Made by a program: the position numbers and the translations under genes. DNA of 64,000 nucleotides, from positions 200,539 to 264,538 of the forward strand of contig BOKX01000001.1 of assembly GCA_016861205.1 (NCBI GenBank), in the 5' to 3' direction. The notes under the pieces were generated by a model that saw only the letters and a list, made by a program, of their open reading frames with translations, did no database searches and had not been told where the DNA came from. Shown here piece after piece: positions 27,174 to 37,255 of the stretch (the first letter of the stretch is position 1; the number at the start of each line of letters is the position of its first letter). The stretch is from Patescibacteria group bacterium. GTDB taxonomy: Bacteria > Patescibacteriota > Microgenomatia > UBA1400 > PJMF01.

Positions 27174-30100
27174 ATGCCACGCAGTTCAAAAACTACCAAG
27201 CCAGCTCAATCAACTCAAAGTAGTGATCAATCCTACATGAGTCGGTTAAAGTTCGACCCCAAGTTACTTGGTGGTTGGATTTCACAGTATCTGAACAATA
27301 TTCGGATTGTGGTTTTGTTGGTCCTGACCATCTTACTGATGGGCACAGTTAGTTACTTCAGTTTGCCGAAACGTCTCAATCCAGAAGTTGAAATTCCGAT
27401 CGTCAACGTGGTGACTATTTTGCCAGGTGCTTCGCCAGAAGACGTTGAGTCATTGGTGACAGTTCCTATCGAGAACAAACTGCGAAGTGTCGAAGGACTC
27501 GACACCATGACCTCTGTTTCTAATCCAAACGTGTCGGTCATTACCATGCAGTTTACTTCCAACATCAAGCCAGATAAGGCTAAGGATGATGCGCAAGCTT
27601 TGGTTGATGCAGTGACTGATTTGCCTGAGGATGCCCAAGCGCCACAGGTTAGTGCCCTCGACTTTGAAGACCAACCAGTTTGGACATTTGCCGTGACTAG
27701 TTCTGGAGATATACCAACTTTAATGAATTTTGCCCATCACTTGGAAGATCGGTTAGAAAACTTGTCCAAAGTTGACCGAGTTGAAACAGCTGGTTTAGAG
27801 CAGGATCAGGTTTTGGTCGAAGTTAGTCCTGAGAAACTACAGCAATATGGTCTGAATCCGCTCACCTTGGCCCAGGCAGTTCAAAAAGGAACAGGTTCAT
27901 ATCCTGCTGGTTCAATTACGACCACTACCAATAGTTTTGCAGTCACTATTAATCCTAGTTTAACCTCGCTTGAGGATTTGCGTCGCTTGCAACTTAATGT
28001 AGATGGTCAGGTGGTTAGCCTCGGTGAACTCGCAACAATTACTCGTCGTCCACCAAGTAACCAAGCAGTGGCCTTGTTGGGTAAACCACAAGCTGAGGCT
28101 CGCCGAACAGTGACTTTTTATGTGTACAAAACCAGTGCAGTCAGTATCGATGAAGCTGGCAAACAGATTGAAGAGTCTGTTCACGAAGCGCTGACTGAGC
28201 GTCCAGGTCTATTTGAAGTGACGACGATCTCAAATACAAGCGAAGAAATTGCAGATCAATTTGCCGACTTGCTGGTTGAGTTTCGATCCACGATCATCTT
28301 AGTGTTCGCCTGTTTACTGCTATTCTTGGGTTTCCGCCAAGCTTTGATTTCATCACTGACTGTGCCACTTACCTTTTTGAGTGCCTTTATCTTCATGAAC
28401 ATTATTGGCATGTCGATTAACTTTTTGTCTTTGTTTGCTTTCTTGTTGGCGTTAGGTCTGTTGGTCGATGACACAATCGTTGTGGTATCGGCCATGACTG
28501 CGTACTACAAATCTGGCAAGTTTAATCCGTTGGAGACTGGTTTGATGGTCTGGCGAGATACGATCGTGCCAATTTGGTCAACGACGATCACAACAATTTG
28601 GTCCTTCGTACCTTTGTTGTTAAGTACTGGCATTATTGGTGAGTTCATCAAGCCTATCCCAGTGGTGGTGACAGTGACCATGATTTCATCGACGGCTATT
28701 GCTGTGTTTGTAACATTGCCAATCATGATTATCTTGTTGAAACCGAAACTGGCTCATCGTGTGGTGGTGTTGCTGAAAGTGGTTGGAATTTTAGCTGTTG
28801 TAGCTGGTTTGTTTGCAGTGGCCAAAGGTAACCCGCTGTTACCACTTATCATTGGTTTGTTTGGGTTTTGGCTGATTGTGGTTAAGCTGGTTGGTAAACA
28901 AGTTGCGGATCGAGTAGCGAAGTTCTTCTCACAAGCCCGCTTCAAAAAAATTGGTCAAACTTTGCACAAGTATGCGAATCACGGTTTGATTGATGTCGAA
29001 GGCTTTGCCAACGGTTACTACAACGTTATAACTCGTGTTTTAGAGAAACGAAGCAGCCGTCTAAAAGTGATTTTCGCAATTGTCATTTATGCCATCGTCG
29101 CATTTGCGTTACTGCCACTTGGTTTAGTGAAGAATGAGTTCTTTCCCAAATCTGACCAAACTACTGTTTACGTGAACTTAGAGTTACCGGCTGGTACTCG
29201 GCTTGAACACAGTTACGAAGTGGCTGAACGATTTTTGCCTCAGTTGCAAAACATTGAACACACTGAGTTTGTAGTGGCAGAGGTTGGCAAAAGTTTTGAC
29301 AGCAATGGCAGCCGAAGCAATACGGATAACTCAGTTCTGTTCTCGCTACATTTGCCCGCTGAAGATGAGCGGCCAGTTAGCTCTATCAACATTGCCCAGC
29401 ACATCCGTGATACGTTCACAACTTTTGAAGGGGGAAAAGTTTCGGTACTTGAATTGAGTGGTGGTCCGCCAGCAGGTGCTGACGTGCAGATTAAATTGTT
29501 GGGTGATGATCTGGGCAAACTGGATGGTTATGCCAATCAAATTATGGATCATCTTGAACAGCAACCTGGTTTAACCAACGTCGACAAAAGTATTAAAACC
29601 GGCACCACCCAGCTCGTCTTTGTTCCAAATCAGAGTCAATTGGCTGAAGCTGGTTTGAGTGCTGATCAGCTTGGTTTGTGGTTGCGAACGTATGCAAGTG
29701 GTTTCACGCTCGACTCAGTAACCTGGCTGGGAAATGGAACAGATAAATCTGATGTCGTGTTCAAGTTAACAACTGATCCAGACGCGAACGGTTTATCCAG
29801 TTTGTCGATAACCTCAATGTCAGGTCGTAGTTACCCATTAAGTTCACTCGGTCACTGGGAGTTGCGGCCAAACCCAACTCAGATTACGCGCGAAAATGGC
29901 AAACGAACCATCTCGGTTTCAGCTAGTAGTGTGGCGGGTTACTCAATCAGCGAGCAGAACGCGGAACTACTTGAGTACACTAAGAGCCTCAACTTACCAG
30001 ATGGGTATGAGTGGGCCACCGGTGGTGTAAATGACGAAAACCAGAAGTCAGTCAACTCAATCTTGCAGGCCATGGTGGTCGCAGCAATTTTGATTTTGGT

Positions 30101-30536
30101 GACGATGGTCATTCAGTTCGGTTCATTCAGGCAAGCTTTCATCGTGCTGTTGGTGATTCCGTTGGCTGTTTCCAGTGTTTTCTTTATTTTTGGTCTGACC
30201 GGAACGCCATTGTCATTCCCTGCTTTGATTGGTGTATTGTCATTGTTTGGAGTGGTCGTGACCAACTCAATGTTTATTGTCGACAAAATCAACTTGAATC
30301 AGCGTGAAGGCATGAACCTGAAAGCTGCAATTGCTGACGCTGGTGCTAGCCGGTTAGAGCCAATTATTTTGACTAAACTGTGTACAGTGCTTGGCCTTTT
30401 GCCAATTACGATTGCTGACCCATTGTGGCGCGGTCTCGGTGGAGCAATCATCTCCGGTTTACTGCTGTCGAGTACGATTATGTTGCTCTTCATTCCAGTG
30501 GTGTACTACGAGTTTTTCAAAAACGAAGCACGATAA
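27174..30536 (+). CDS. RND-superfamily efflux transporter permease (AcrB-like)
   Basis: 1120 aa. Two 6-TM bundles separated by large hydrophilic loops, typical RND topology. Immediately downstream of the adaptor gene. Confidence 0.8.
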   Translation: MPRSSKTTKPAQSTQSSDQSYMSRLKFDPKLLGGWISQYLNNIRIVVLLVLTILLMGTVSYFSLPKRLNPEVEIPIVNVVTILPGASPEDVESLVTVPIENKLRSVEGLDTMTSVSNPNVSVITMQFTSNIKPDKAKDDAQALVDAVTDLPEDAQAPQVSALDFEDQPVWTFAVTSSGDIPTLMNFAHHLEDRLENLSKVDRVETAGLEQDQVLVEVSPEKLQQYGLNPLTLAQAVQKGTGSYPAGSITTTTNSFAVTINPSLTSLEDLRRLQLNVDGQVVSLGELATITRRPPSNQAVALLGKPQAEARRTVTFYVYKTSAVSIDEAGKQIEESVHEALTERPGLFEVTTISNTSEEIADQFADLLVEFRSTIILVFACLLLFLGFRQALISSLTVPLTFLSAFIFMNIIGMSINFLSLFAFLLALGLLVDDTIVVVSAMTAYYKSGKFNPLETGLMVWRDTIVPIWSTTITTIWSFVPLLLSTGIIGEFIKPIPVVVTVTMISSTAIAVFVTLPIMIILLKPKLAHRVVVLLKVVGILAVVAGLFAVAKGNPLLPLIIGLFGFWLIVVKLVGKQVADRVAKFFSQARFKKIGQTLHKYANHGLIDVEGFANGYYNVITRVLEKRSSRLKVIFAIVIYAIVAFALLPLGLVKNEFFPKSDQTTVYVNLELPAGTRLEHSYEVAERFLPQLQNIEHTEFVVAEVGKSFDSNGSRSNTDNSVLFSLHLPAEDERPVSSINIAQHIRDTFTTFEGGKVSVLELSGGPPAGADVQIKLLGDDLGKLDGYANQIMDHLEQQPGLTNVDKSIKTGTTQLVFVPNQSQLAEAGLSADQLGLWLRTYASGFTLDSVTWLGNGTDKSDVVFKLTTDPDANGLSSLSITSMSGRSYPLSSLGHWELRPNPTQITRENGKRTISVSASSVAGYSISEQNAELLEYTKSLNLPDGYEWATGGVNDENQKSVNSILQAMVVAAILILVTMVIQFGSFRQAFIVLLVIPLAVSSVFFIFGLTGTPLSFPALIGVLSLFGVVVTNSMFIVDKINLNQREGMNLKAAIADAGASRLEPIILTKLCTVLGLLPITIADPLWRGLGGAIISGLLLSSTIMLLFIPVVYYEFFKNEAR

Positions 30537-30609
30537 CAACTTCGATTGACATTGGTATAGTGATAGATATTGACAGCCTGGTGCATAGTAATCATAGTTA
30601 TTAGCAACT

Positions 30610-31833
30610 ATGAAAAAATACTTGCTGCCCCTGTTTTTCTTTTTAGTTAGCTTGCTTACCCTTGTTGTACCCAAACCGGTACTAGCTGCCGAAAACATTC
30701 ACATTGACAGTGCTGAGTGGTTAGACTCGGAAGTAATTCGCTTCCACTACTCCGCAAACACTTATGCTCCTGGTGGGATTTCAGTGGTTTTCACTACGAG
30801 TGATGGTAGTCGAACGTATCATGCAGGAGCACAAGATTATCCGACCAGCGCTACCACAGGCTATGTGGATCTTGATTCAAACGGCGATATCAACACCCTG
30901 TACTGGGGTGCTGACGCTGGTTACACCCGCTACTACGCTTTAGCTGGCTGGGGTGACAACGACAATATGTCAAATACAGTAAGGTTGCCAGCATACGTGG
31001 CGCCGCCGGAAATTTCTATCTCTGCCAGTCCGAGCGCAGGTACCCATGAGATTGGAGATGCTTTCTCAGTTGATGTCAGAATCCAGAGTCAAGATGGAGC
31101 CTTCAACGCTGCTCGGGCGAACCTAGCCATATCTTCAAACTTGACGTTACTCAATATTGTGACACCTCAATCAGGTGCTTGTAACCTACAGTACACCGAT
31201 TCACCTACTGTAAGCTCACCGTCATTTGCAGGTGCCATTTATGGGGGTTCATCAACAGACTGTACAGCTTTTACCTTAGTTCTTGAGGCAAATGAGGTCG
31301 GTACAGGTACTGTTACTTTGAGTAACGGTTCCATCAAGTCATACACGGATAACAGTGAGATCTTGACAGGAGTGGTTAACGGCAGCTTTAGTTTGGTGGC
31401 TGCCACACCAGAGCCAACACCACCTGTAGTTGATTTCAGTATCACTAATCAACTCAAGACATACTTGGAAAGCTTCACTTTGTCAGGTATGAAGTTTGAG
31501 TACGTGACAGCTATTAGCGTGGATGGTTCCAGCACCGCTTCAGCCTACCCAACTAGTACTTCATGGACACATCCTGTCTCCTTAGCCATTGGCCCCAATG
31601 AATTCACAGTGGCCGCCAGTGTGGGCAGTACCGAGTCAAGTTCGCAACAAGTGACTGTGACGCGGCACACTCTTGGAGACATTAACGGTGATGGTGAAGT
31701 CGATCTGATCGATGCTTCTCTCTTCGCTGTTGACTGGGACAAGACTTCCAACTTAACCTATCTTCTGTCGGATATGAATAACGACGGAAACGTTAACTTG
31801 ACTGACTTGTCAATCTTGGCTAAGTTACAGTAA
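30610..31833 (+). CDS. secreted protein with cohesin-like beta-sandwich domain and C-terminal dockerin
   Basis: Signal peptide MKKYLLPLFFFLVSLLTLVVPKPVLA. Central domain with a cohesin-like pattern (G..FSVDVRIQS...FNAA...PSFAG.IYGGSSTDC..FTLVLEA...G.VTL). Dockerin repeats DINGDGEVDLIDASLF and DMNNDGNVNLTDLSIL. Confidence 0.6.
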   Translation: MKKYLLPLFFFLVSLLTLVVPKPVLAAENIHIDSAEWLDSEVIRFHYSANTYAPGGISVVFTTSDGSRTYHAGAQDYPTSATTGYVDLDSNGDINTLYWGADAGYTRYYALAGWGDNDNMSNTVRLPAYVAPPEISISASPSAGTHEIGDAFSVDVRIQSQDGAFNAARANLAISSNLTLLNIVTPQSGACNLQYTDSPTVSSPSFAGAIYGGSSTDCTAFTLVLEANEVGTGTVTLSNGSIKSYTDNSEILTGVVNGSFSLVAATPEPTPPVVDFSITNQLKTYLESFTLSGMKFEYVTAISVDGSSTASAYPTSTSWTHPVSLAIGPNEFTVAASVGSTESSSQQVTVTRHTLGDINGDGEVDLIDASLFAVDWDKTSNLTYLLSDMNNDGNVNLTDLSILAKLQ

Positions 31834-31861
31834 GTGCTGAATCTGCCCTAGATTGAGTCAC

Positions 31862-32785
31862 ATGCGAAAAGTGTTGATCGCGATCGTTATTCTGAGTAGC
31901 TTGATACTTCTCTGCCCCAGCTCTGCGTATGCAGCTGGGGCAGTTATGCAACTTGATCCTCACTCTGGCGACTATGGGACTGAGTTTACCACTCAGCTCA
32001 GAGTGGTTGGCCAAGGGGTTAGTTTCAATGCAGCTGCCGCCACAGTCGTTGTCTCCCCAACCTTACGAATCAAAGAGGTAATCTACGGCGATTGCAACTT
32101 TTCATTTCTCAAAACACCCACCACGAACAACCCATCATTTTCTGGGGTGATCCTGTCCGGGTCGGAAGACAGTTGCAGTGTTTACACACTGCGTTTGGTT
32201 CCGATTAAAAAAGGCAGTGCTGCTATTACGGTCACAGACGCTTCAGTAAAGCAGTTTGGCGATGCTGCAGAGATTCTCCAGTCGGTTAAGAATGCTGAGT
32301 TCACGCTGACTGGTGAAGTTGTTTTCGATGTGCAGCCGGCAGCCAGTGCAGATGCCGATACTTACACAACAGTTGTTAACGTGATTCACGATGCTCAGAC
32401 CCCGGCCTCGGACGTTAAAGTAACCCTTGTGGCAGTCACCAATGCTGGGACTGTTTCGCAGCAGTCTGCTACCACGAATCAGTTGGGGCAAGTCACATTT
32501 AACAATTTATCGGCTGGTCTTTATCAAATCCAAGTTTGGAATCAAGAACAAGAACTGGCGCAAGTGTTAGTTACGATCGGTGGTGACACCTCGCAGTTCA
32601 TGTTTACTATCGACCTGAGCCAGCAAACGACAAACCCATTGCTCAAACCGTCCACTGATCCGACAGATATTGAGCCTCAAACAAAATGGTCTTGGTGGAG
32701 GTATGCCGTTGTCGCAGCCGTTGCAGGGATGCTGGCCACAGCCGCAACCACAGTCCTGATGTTCCACTTCAAACGAACACGATAG
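31862..32785 (+). CDS. secreted cohesin-like domain protein with transthyretin/CarboxypepD_reg-like domain and C-terminal membrane tail
   Basis: ATG at 31862 gives the signal peptide MRKVLIAIVILSSLILLCPSSAYA; the track start is TTG. The N-terminal domain is a clear paralog of the cohesin-like domain of the upstream gene (FNAAAATVVVSP...NPSFSGVILSGSEDSCSVYTLRLVP...GSAAITV). The C-terminus is WWRYAVVAAVAGMLATAATTVLMFHFKRTR. Confidence 0.55.
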   Translation: MRKVLIAIVILSSLILLCPSSAYAAGAVMQLDPHSGDYGTEFTTQLRVVGQGVSFNAAAATVVVSPTLRIKEVIYGDCNFSFLKTPTTNNPSFSGVILSGSEDSCSVYTLRLVPIKKGSAAITVTDASVKQFGDAAEILQSVKNAEFTLTGEVVFDVQPAASADADTYTTVVNVIHDAQTPASDVKVTLVAVTNAGTVSQQSATTNQLGQVTFNNLSAGLYQIQVWNQEQELAQVLVTIGGDTSQFMFTIDLSQQTTNPLLKPSTDPTDIEPQTKWSWWRYAVVAAVAGMLATAATTVLMFHFKRTR

Positions 32786-32799
32786 ACAACCAACGAGAA

Positions 32800-33075
32800 T
32801 TAAGCGTTCTTGGCTTTAGCAGCTCTGGCTTTAGCTTTGACCTGTTTACTAACTTCTTTGACAGCCACTTTTGCCACTTTTTTGCTTTTGCGAACCACTT
32901 TTTTAGTGGTGGGGCTTTTCTCGATTTTTTTGGCTAGTTTTTTAGTGCGCGTGGTGACTTTCTGCAGTTCCTGTTCCGCTTGTTGGCGGTTTTTCTTATC
33001 ACTCAGGAACACGGCAGCGGCCCCAGCGGCAGCCCCGATTAACAGGGTGAAGAGTCCGTTACCTTTTTTGGCCAT
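32800..33075 (-). CDS. YtxH-like small membrane-anchored Lys-rich protein
   Basis: N-terminal GLFTLLIGAAAGAAAVFL followed by a lysine-rich helical tail. GGGGAG RBS. Confidence 0.5.
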   Translation of the reverse strand: MAKKGNGLFTLLIGAAAGAAAVFLSDKKNRQQAEQELQKVTTRTKKLAKKIEKSPTTKKVVRKSKKVAKVAVKEVSKQVKAKARAAKAKNA

Positions 33076-33122
33076 ATTGCTCCCCGTCCCGCCAAAGGCG
33101 GGCTTACAACGAGTACTAATTA

Positions 33123-34526
33123 CTATGGTACATCAATTACTGATAAGGTGTTAGTAATGCCTGGTTGTCTAACGAATTTGCCGCGAACTAATAAGATATG
33201 TTCACCGCTGGCAGTGATACCAGCTTTCAGACACATCTCCATTAATGATTCTTCAGTAAGCTCATCTCCTGGATGTTCAACCAAGTATGGAGCTACCCCA
33301 AACACTAGGCTCAATCGGCGATAGACGGCCACGTCAGGGGTCAATGCGTGTATTGGAATATGTGGCCGAAAACGAGCCAACAGCAGTGCTGTGCTGCCTG
33401 TCTCAGTCAAACAGATGATGCGATCAATCGGAAAGTTACTACTCTCCAGTAACTCAATTGCGGATTGGGTAACGGCAGTTTGGCTGGTGGACGTTGGTAA
33501 TGGGTCGAGATGAACATTTGTGTGCTGTTCGTTGAACTCGGCAATACGTGTCTGAACGCTGACAGCCTTCACTGGATACTTACCAACCGTAGTTTCGTCA
33601 GACAACATCACCGCATCTGTGCCATCGTAGATAGCATGAGCCACGTCACTGACTTCAGCTCGGGTGGGCCGAGGATTAGTGACCATCGACTTCAACATTT
33701 CGGTAGCGGTGATTACCGGCTTGGCTGCTAATCGGCATTTAGCAATGATGGTTTTTTGCCAATACGTTAGTTCTTGGAAAGCCACTTCCACACCCAAGTC
33801 ACCCCGAGCGACCATCACAGCATCTGCGGCATGGATGATTTGATCTAAGTTATCAACAGCTTGCTGGTTCTCAATTTTGGCAACAATGTGAGCTGTGAAG
33901 TGACGTTTTTCTAGTTCGCCACGGAGGTGTGAAATATCATCCTGGTTACGCACAAATGACAAACCGACGAAATCAATGAGTTCAGGTCGAATACCATCCA
34001 AGTACGCAAAGTCGCGCTCAGTCAATGAAGGCATGTTGGGAGTAACGCCAGGAGTGTTCATAGTTTTACGATGATTGACTGTACAAGCGAACAAGGCTCT
34101 GGCTTTGAGTTCGTGTTCTCCGTGTTCAACAACTTCGAACTCACAGGCACCATCACCAACAATAATTGTGCTACCGACGGCGAGCGCCTCAATAGCAGAT
34201 GGGGGAACGATGATTGATTTCGGTTGAGTTGGGTTTTTGTCAGAGGTGAAGGTTGCCACCTCATCCATGCCTAACTCAAAACTTTTTTCTTCAAGCAAGT
34301 TAATGCGAATCTCAGGACCCTGTAGGTCGAGTAAAATTCCGACAGGCTTCTGCATTTCCTCTGCAATTTTTCGGACTCTCTGGACACGTTCATTGTGCCA
34401 GTCAGGTTCAGAGTGTTTGGTGTTAAACCGTGCCACATTCATGCCAGCAGTGATTAGCTGACGGATAGTATCTTCGGATTCAGTAGCGGGGCCGATGGTG
34501 GCCACAATTTTGGTTAATTTTGACAT
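33123..34526 (-). CDS. pyk: pyruvate kinase
   Basis: MSKLTKIVATIGPATESEDTIRQL...GILLDLQGPEIRI and the rest of the Pyk barrel/C-domain. Start taken at the internal ATG 34526; the track start is 68 codons upstream and its leader is not Pyk-like. Confidence 0.9.
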   Translation of the reverse strand: MSKLTKIVATIGPATESEDTIRQLITAGMNVARFNTKHSEPDWHNERVQRVRKIAEEMQKPVGILLDLQGPEIRINLLEEKSFELGMDEVATFTSDKNPTQPKSIIVPPSAIEALAVGSTIIVGDGACEFEVVEHGEHELKARALFACTVNHRKTMNTPGVTPNMPSLTERDFAYLDGIRPELIDFVGLSFVRNQDDISHLRGELEKRHFTAHIVAKIENQQAVDNLDQIIHAADAVMVARGDLGVEVAFQELTYWQKTIIAKCRLAAKPVITATEMLKSMVTNPRPTRAEVSDVAHAIYDGTDAVMLSDETTVGKYPVKAVSVQTRIAEFNEQHTNVHLDPLPTSTSQTAVTQSAIELLESSNFPIDRIICLTETGSTALLLARFRPHIPIHALTPDVAVYRRLSLVFGVAPYLVEHPGDELTEESLMEMCLKAGITASGEHILLVRGKFVRQPGITNTLSVIDVP

Positions 34527-34658
34527 ACACGGTAATCTAGAACCAACTGATTGTTGTTGATTCTGGTTATTATCCTCCAGATTGAGAGGCACTGACAAGA
34601 GGCAAGTGACAAAGCTATTCAAAATATGGTATACACAACACGGCATGAGAAAGGTGAT

Positions 34659-35186
34659 ATGAACGATACTCAATCCCAGTCCCCTACTACTAGCGATGAT
34701 TTGGCCCAAGATGCGTTGAATCAAGCTCAACAGGTTCCACCCGCGAGCGTCACTGATGAGTTAGCTGCTTCTGATGAAGTTGCGGAAACACTGTCATCGT
34801 TACAGAACATCATTGAGCGAAGCGCCACCGAGTTGCAGCAGATCAACGAAGATCTTAAGCAGTATCGCGAAAGTTTACGTAACATTTTTGAGAACGACTC
34901 TGAGCTGAGTACAGCTCAGGAGCAAGCACAACAAGCTACCACTCAGGTCAAAGAGCGTAAAGCCAAGTTACAAGGTGATGCCCAAGTTACCCAAATTAAA
35001 GTCAACATCGGCGAACTGAATGAACGCAAAAAAGAAGTCGAAGAATCGCTGAGCAACTACTTGGTTAACTACTACCAATTGACTCACTCAACCAGTTTTG
35101 ACACCAGTGATGGTGATCAATGGGAGTTTGCCATCAAGGCCAAAGTTAAACCCAGAAAAGTCAGCAAAGACGATAGCTCGTCATAA
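34659..35186 (+). CDS. hypothetical acidic coiled-coil protein
   Basis: ATG at 34659 is directly preceded by GAGAAAGGTGAT. Gln/Glu-rich heptad-like sequence. Confidence 0.4.
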   Translation: MNDTQSQSPTTSDDLAQDALNQAQQVPPASVTDELAASDEVAETLSSLQNIIERSATELQQINEDLKQYRESLRNIFENDSELSTAQEQAQQATTQVKERKAKLQGDAQVTQIKVNIGELNERKKEVEESLSNYLVNYYQLTHSTSFDTSDGDQWEFAIKAKVKPRKVSKDDSSS

Positions 35187-35233
35187 AACTGAGTGGTAGC
35201 TTGTAGCGAAAGAATGTTACGGGCGAACCAGTT

Positions 35234-36523
35234 TTAACTCAACTCAGATTCGATCCGGAGTAGCTGATTATATTTGGCAACTCGCTCACTGCGGGCTAGG
35301 GCACCCATTTTGACAAATTCAGCGCTCAAGCCGACTGCAATATCAGCGATTGAGGTATCCTCAGTTTCACCACTGCGGTGGGAAACAATGACTTTCCAAC
35401 CAGCCTGACGACTTAGATACACGGCCTGTAACGACTCACTCAAGGTGCCAATTTGGTTGATTTTCATTAGCAGGGCACTACAGGTTTGGAGTTGTTTGGC
35501 ACGTTCGATGCGCTCAGGGTTGGTAACAAGATGATCGTCACCCACCAACATGACCTTCGAGCTGAGTGTCTTGTACAAATGTTGCCAACCTGCCCAGTCA
35601 TCTTCAGCTAGGCCATCTTCTAGCGAGACAATTGGATACTGGCTGATCCAGTTCTGCCAGAACTGAATCATTTGTTCGGTGCTCAAAACTTGATTTGATG
35701 TGGTCAGATGATATTGACCATCCTTGTACAGTTCTGAGGTGGCTGGGTCAAGTGCGATGCCAATCTCCTTGCCTGCTTGGTAGCCGGCTTTATCGATGGC
35801 AGTCAGAATGAGTTCTATAGCTTCTTGATCGGATCGGACGGCTGGTGCGAAACCACCTTCGTCACCAAGAAGCGTGGAAAAGCCACGTTGTTTCAGCAAC
35901 GCTTTGAGTTGATGGTAGATTGCTACCCCTTGTTCGAGTTTTTCAGCAAAACTGGGTGCCGAGAGAGGCACCACCATAAACTCTTGAAATGAGGTGCTTT
36001 GCCAGTTTGTGTGTGCTCCACCGTTGAGAATATTGAACATTGGCGTTGGTAAAGGGTACTCAGTTTGGGGCAACTGAATATTTTCTTGGTGGCGTGACAC
36101 GATTTGTTGGTACAGTAAATGGATGTACTTGTAGTACGGCCAGTGACGACTGCTGGCGGCTGCGCGCGAAAGCGCGAGTGAAACACTCAGTGTTGCATTG
36201 GCTCCAAGTTGACTGAGATTGGGAGTTCCGTCCCGCATGACAACCTCGCTATCACAGCTTAGTTGGTCGTACGGGTCGTTGTTTCTTAGTGCGGGAGCGA
36301 TGACTTCTTGAATGTGTCTGACTGCCGACAACACGCCTTTACCTTGAAAGTGATGAGTGTCGCCATCACGCAGTTCCAGGGCTTCATGCGTACCAGTACT
36401 GGCTCCACTGGGCACACTTGCTCGGCCCATGGCTCCGTCGCTGAGCCACACTTCAGCTTCCACGGTAGGATTACCGCGGGAGTCTAAAATTTGGCGCGCC
36501 AAAATTCGCTCAATCGTGACCAT
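35234..36523 (-). CDS. eno: enolase (phosphopyruvate hydratase)
   Basis: MVTIERILARQILDSRGNPTVEAEV N-terminus and enolase signatures throughout. Start at ATG 36523. Confidence 0.92.
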   Translation of the reverse strand: MVTIERILARQILDSRGNPTVEAEVWLSDGAMGRASVPSGASTGTHEALELRDGDTHHFQGKGVLSAVRHIQEVIAPALRNNDPYDQLSCDSEVVMRDGTPNLSQLGANATLSVSLALSRAAASSRHWPYYKYIHLLYQQIVSRHQENIQLPQTEYPLPTPMFNILNGGAHTNWQSTSFQEFMVVPLSAPSFAEKLEQGVAIYHQLKALLKQRGFSTLLGDEGGFAPAVRSDQEAIELILTAIDKAGYQAGKEIGIALDPATSELYKDGQYHLTTSNQVLSTEQMIQFWQNWISQYPIVSLEDGLAEDDWAGWQHLYKTLSSKVMLVGDDHLVTNPERIERAKQLQTCSALLMKINQIGTLSESLQAVYLSRQAGWKVIVSHRSGETEDTSIADIAVGLSAEFVKMGALARSERVAKYNQLLRIESELS

Positions 36524-36574
36524 ACCATCACGATAGCACATTTCGGAAACCTATGACCAGGTGGACTTGAAACC

Positions 36575-36826
36575 TTAACCGTTCAATCGCTCTTGAATAC
36601 GGGTCAGAACCTGAGGAGACACATTTTTCATGTGTTTCAAGGCTCGCGCGCGTTTCTTGAGGCGTCGACTTTCAGTCAAGCGAATAGCTTTGACTCGAGA
36701 AGGTTTTTGGTAGTAACGACGGTCTTTAACTTTTTGAACGATGTCAGTGGCAATAGTGACTTTCTTAAATTTCTTAATTAAGTCGCCGGTTGTATCGTTG
36801 CCCTGAGCTTTAATAATAATTGGCAA
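36575..36826 (-). CDS. rpsU: 30S ribosomal protein S21
   Basis: MPIIIKAQGND...RFKK...YQKPSRVKAIRL...KKRARALK basic pattern of S21. TTG start with GGAGGTGA about 9 nt upstream. Confidence 0.65.
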   Translation of the reverse strand: MPIIIKAQGNDTTGDLIKKFKKVTIATDIVQKVKDRRYYQKPSRVKAIRLTESRRLKKRARALKHMKNVSPQVLTRIQERLNG

Positions 36827-36877
36827 AAAACATCACCTCCTCTGAGGGAAGTATTATACCTCAAGGAGCACAGTTTG

Positions 36878-37255
36878 TCAGCCGTGGTGAATGAAATCGT
36901 TGGTTTCTTGGTCAATGGTCGCAGTTTTTGCGGTTTTAGACCAGCCTCCCATCAGGTGCACATGGACATGATGGACTTGTTGGACCTGTTTGCCAACATT
37001 GAGCAAAATCTTGTAGTTGTCCGCGATGCCAATTTCTTTGGCGACTCGACGGACAGTCTGGAGTAGCTTTGTGTGGAACTCAGTGTCTTGCAGATTAACT
37101 TGTTCCAGGGTTTCATATGGGTGTTTTGGAATAACTAACACATGGACTGGCGCAGCGGGATGGATGTCATTGATGGCAATAAAATCATCGTCCTCGTAAC
37201 GAATAGTTGAAGGTAGCTCTCGATTGATGATTTTGGTAAAGAGTGAGTCGCTCAT
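36878..37255 (-). CDS. HIT (histidine triad) family nucleotide hydrolase
   Basis: HVHVHLMGG histidine-triad motif. 125 aa. Confidence 0.8.
   Translation of the reverse strand: MSDSLFTKIINRELPSTIRYEDDDFIAINDIHPAAPVHVLVIPKHPYETLEQVNLQDTEFHTKLLQTVRRVAKEIGIADNYKILLNVGKQVQQVHHVHVHLMGGWSKTAKTATIDQETNDFIHHG

Noticed and set aside
33077-33100. CCCGCC-AAA-GGCGGG hairpin between pyk and the YtxH-like gene as a terminator
   Set aside because: No U-tract follows on the minus strand, and it sits in the RBS region of the YtxH-like gene. It is more likely a 5'-UTR structure or coincidental.
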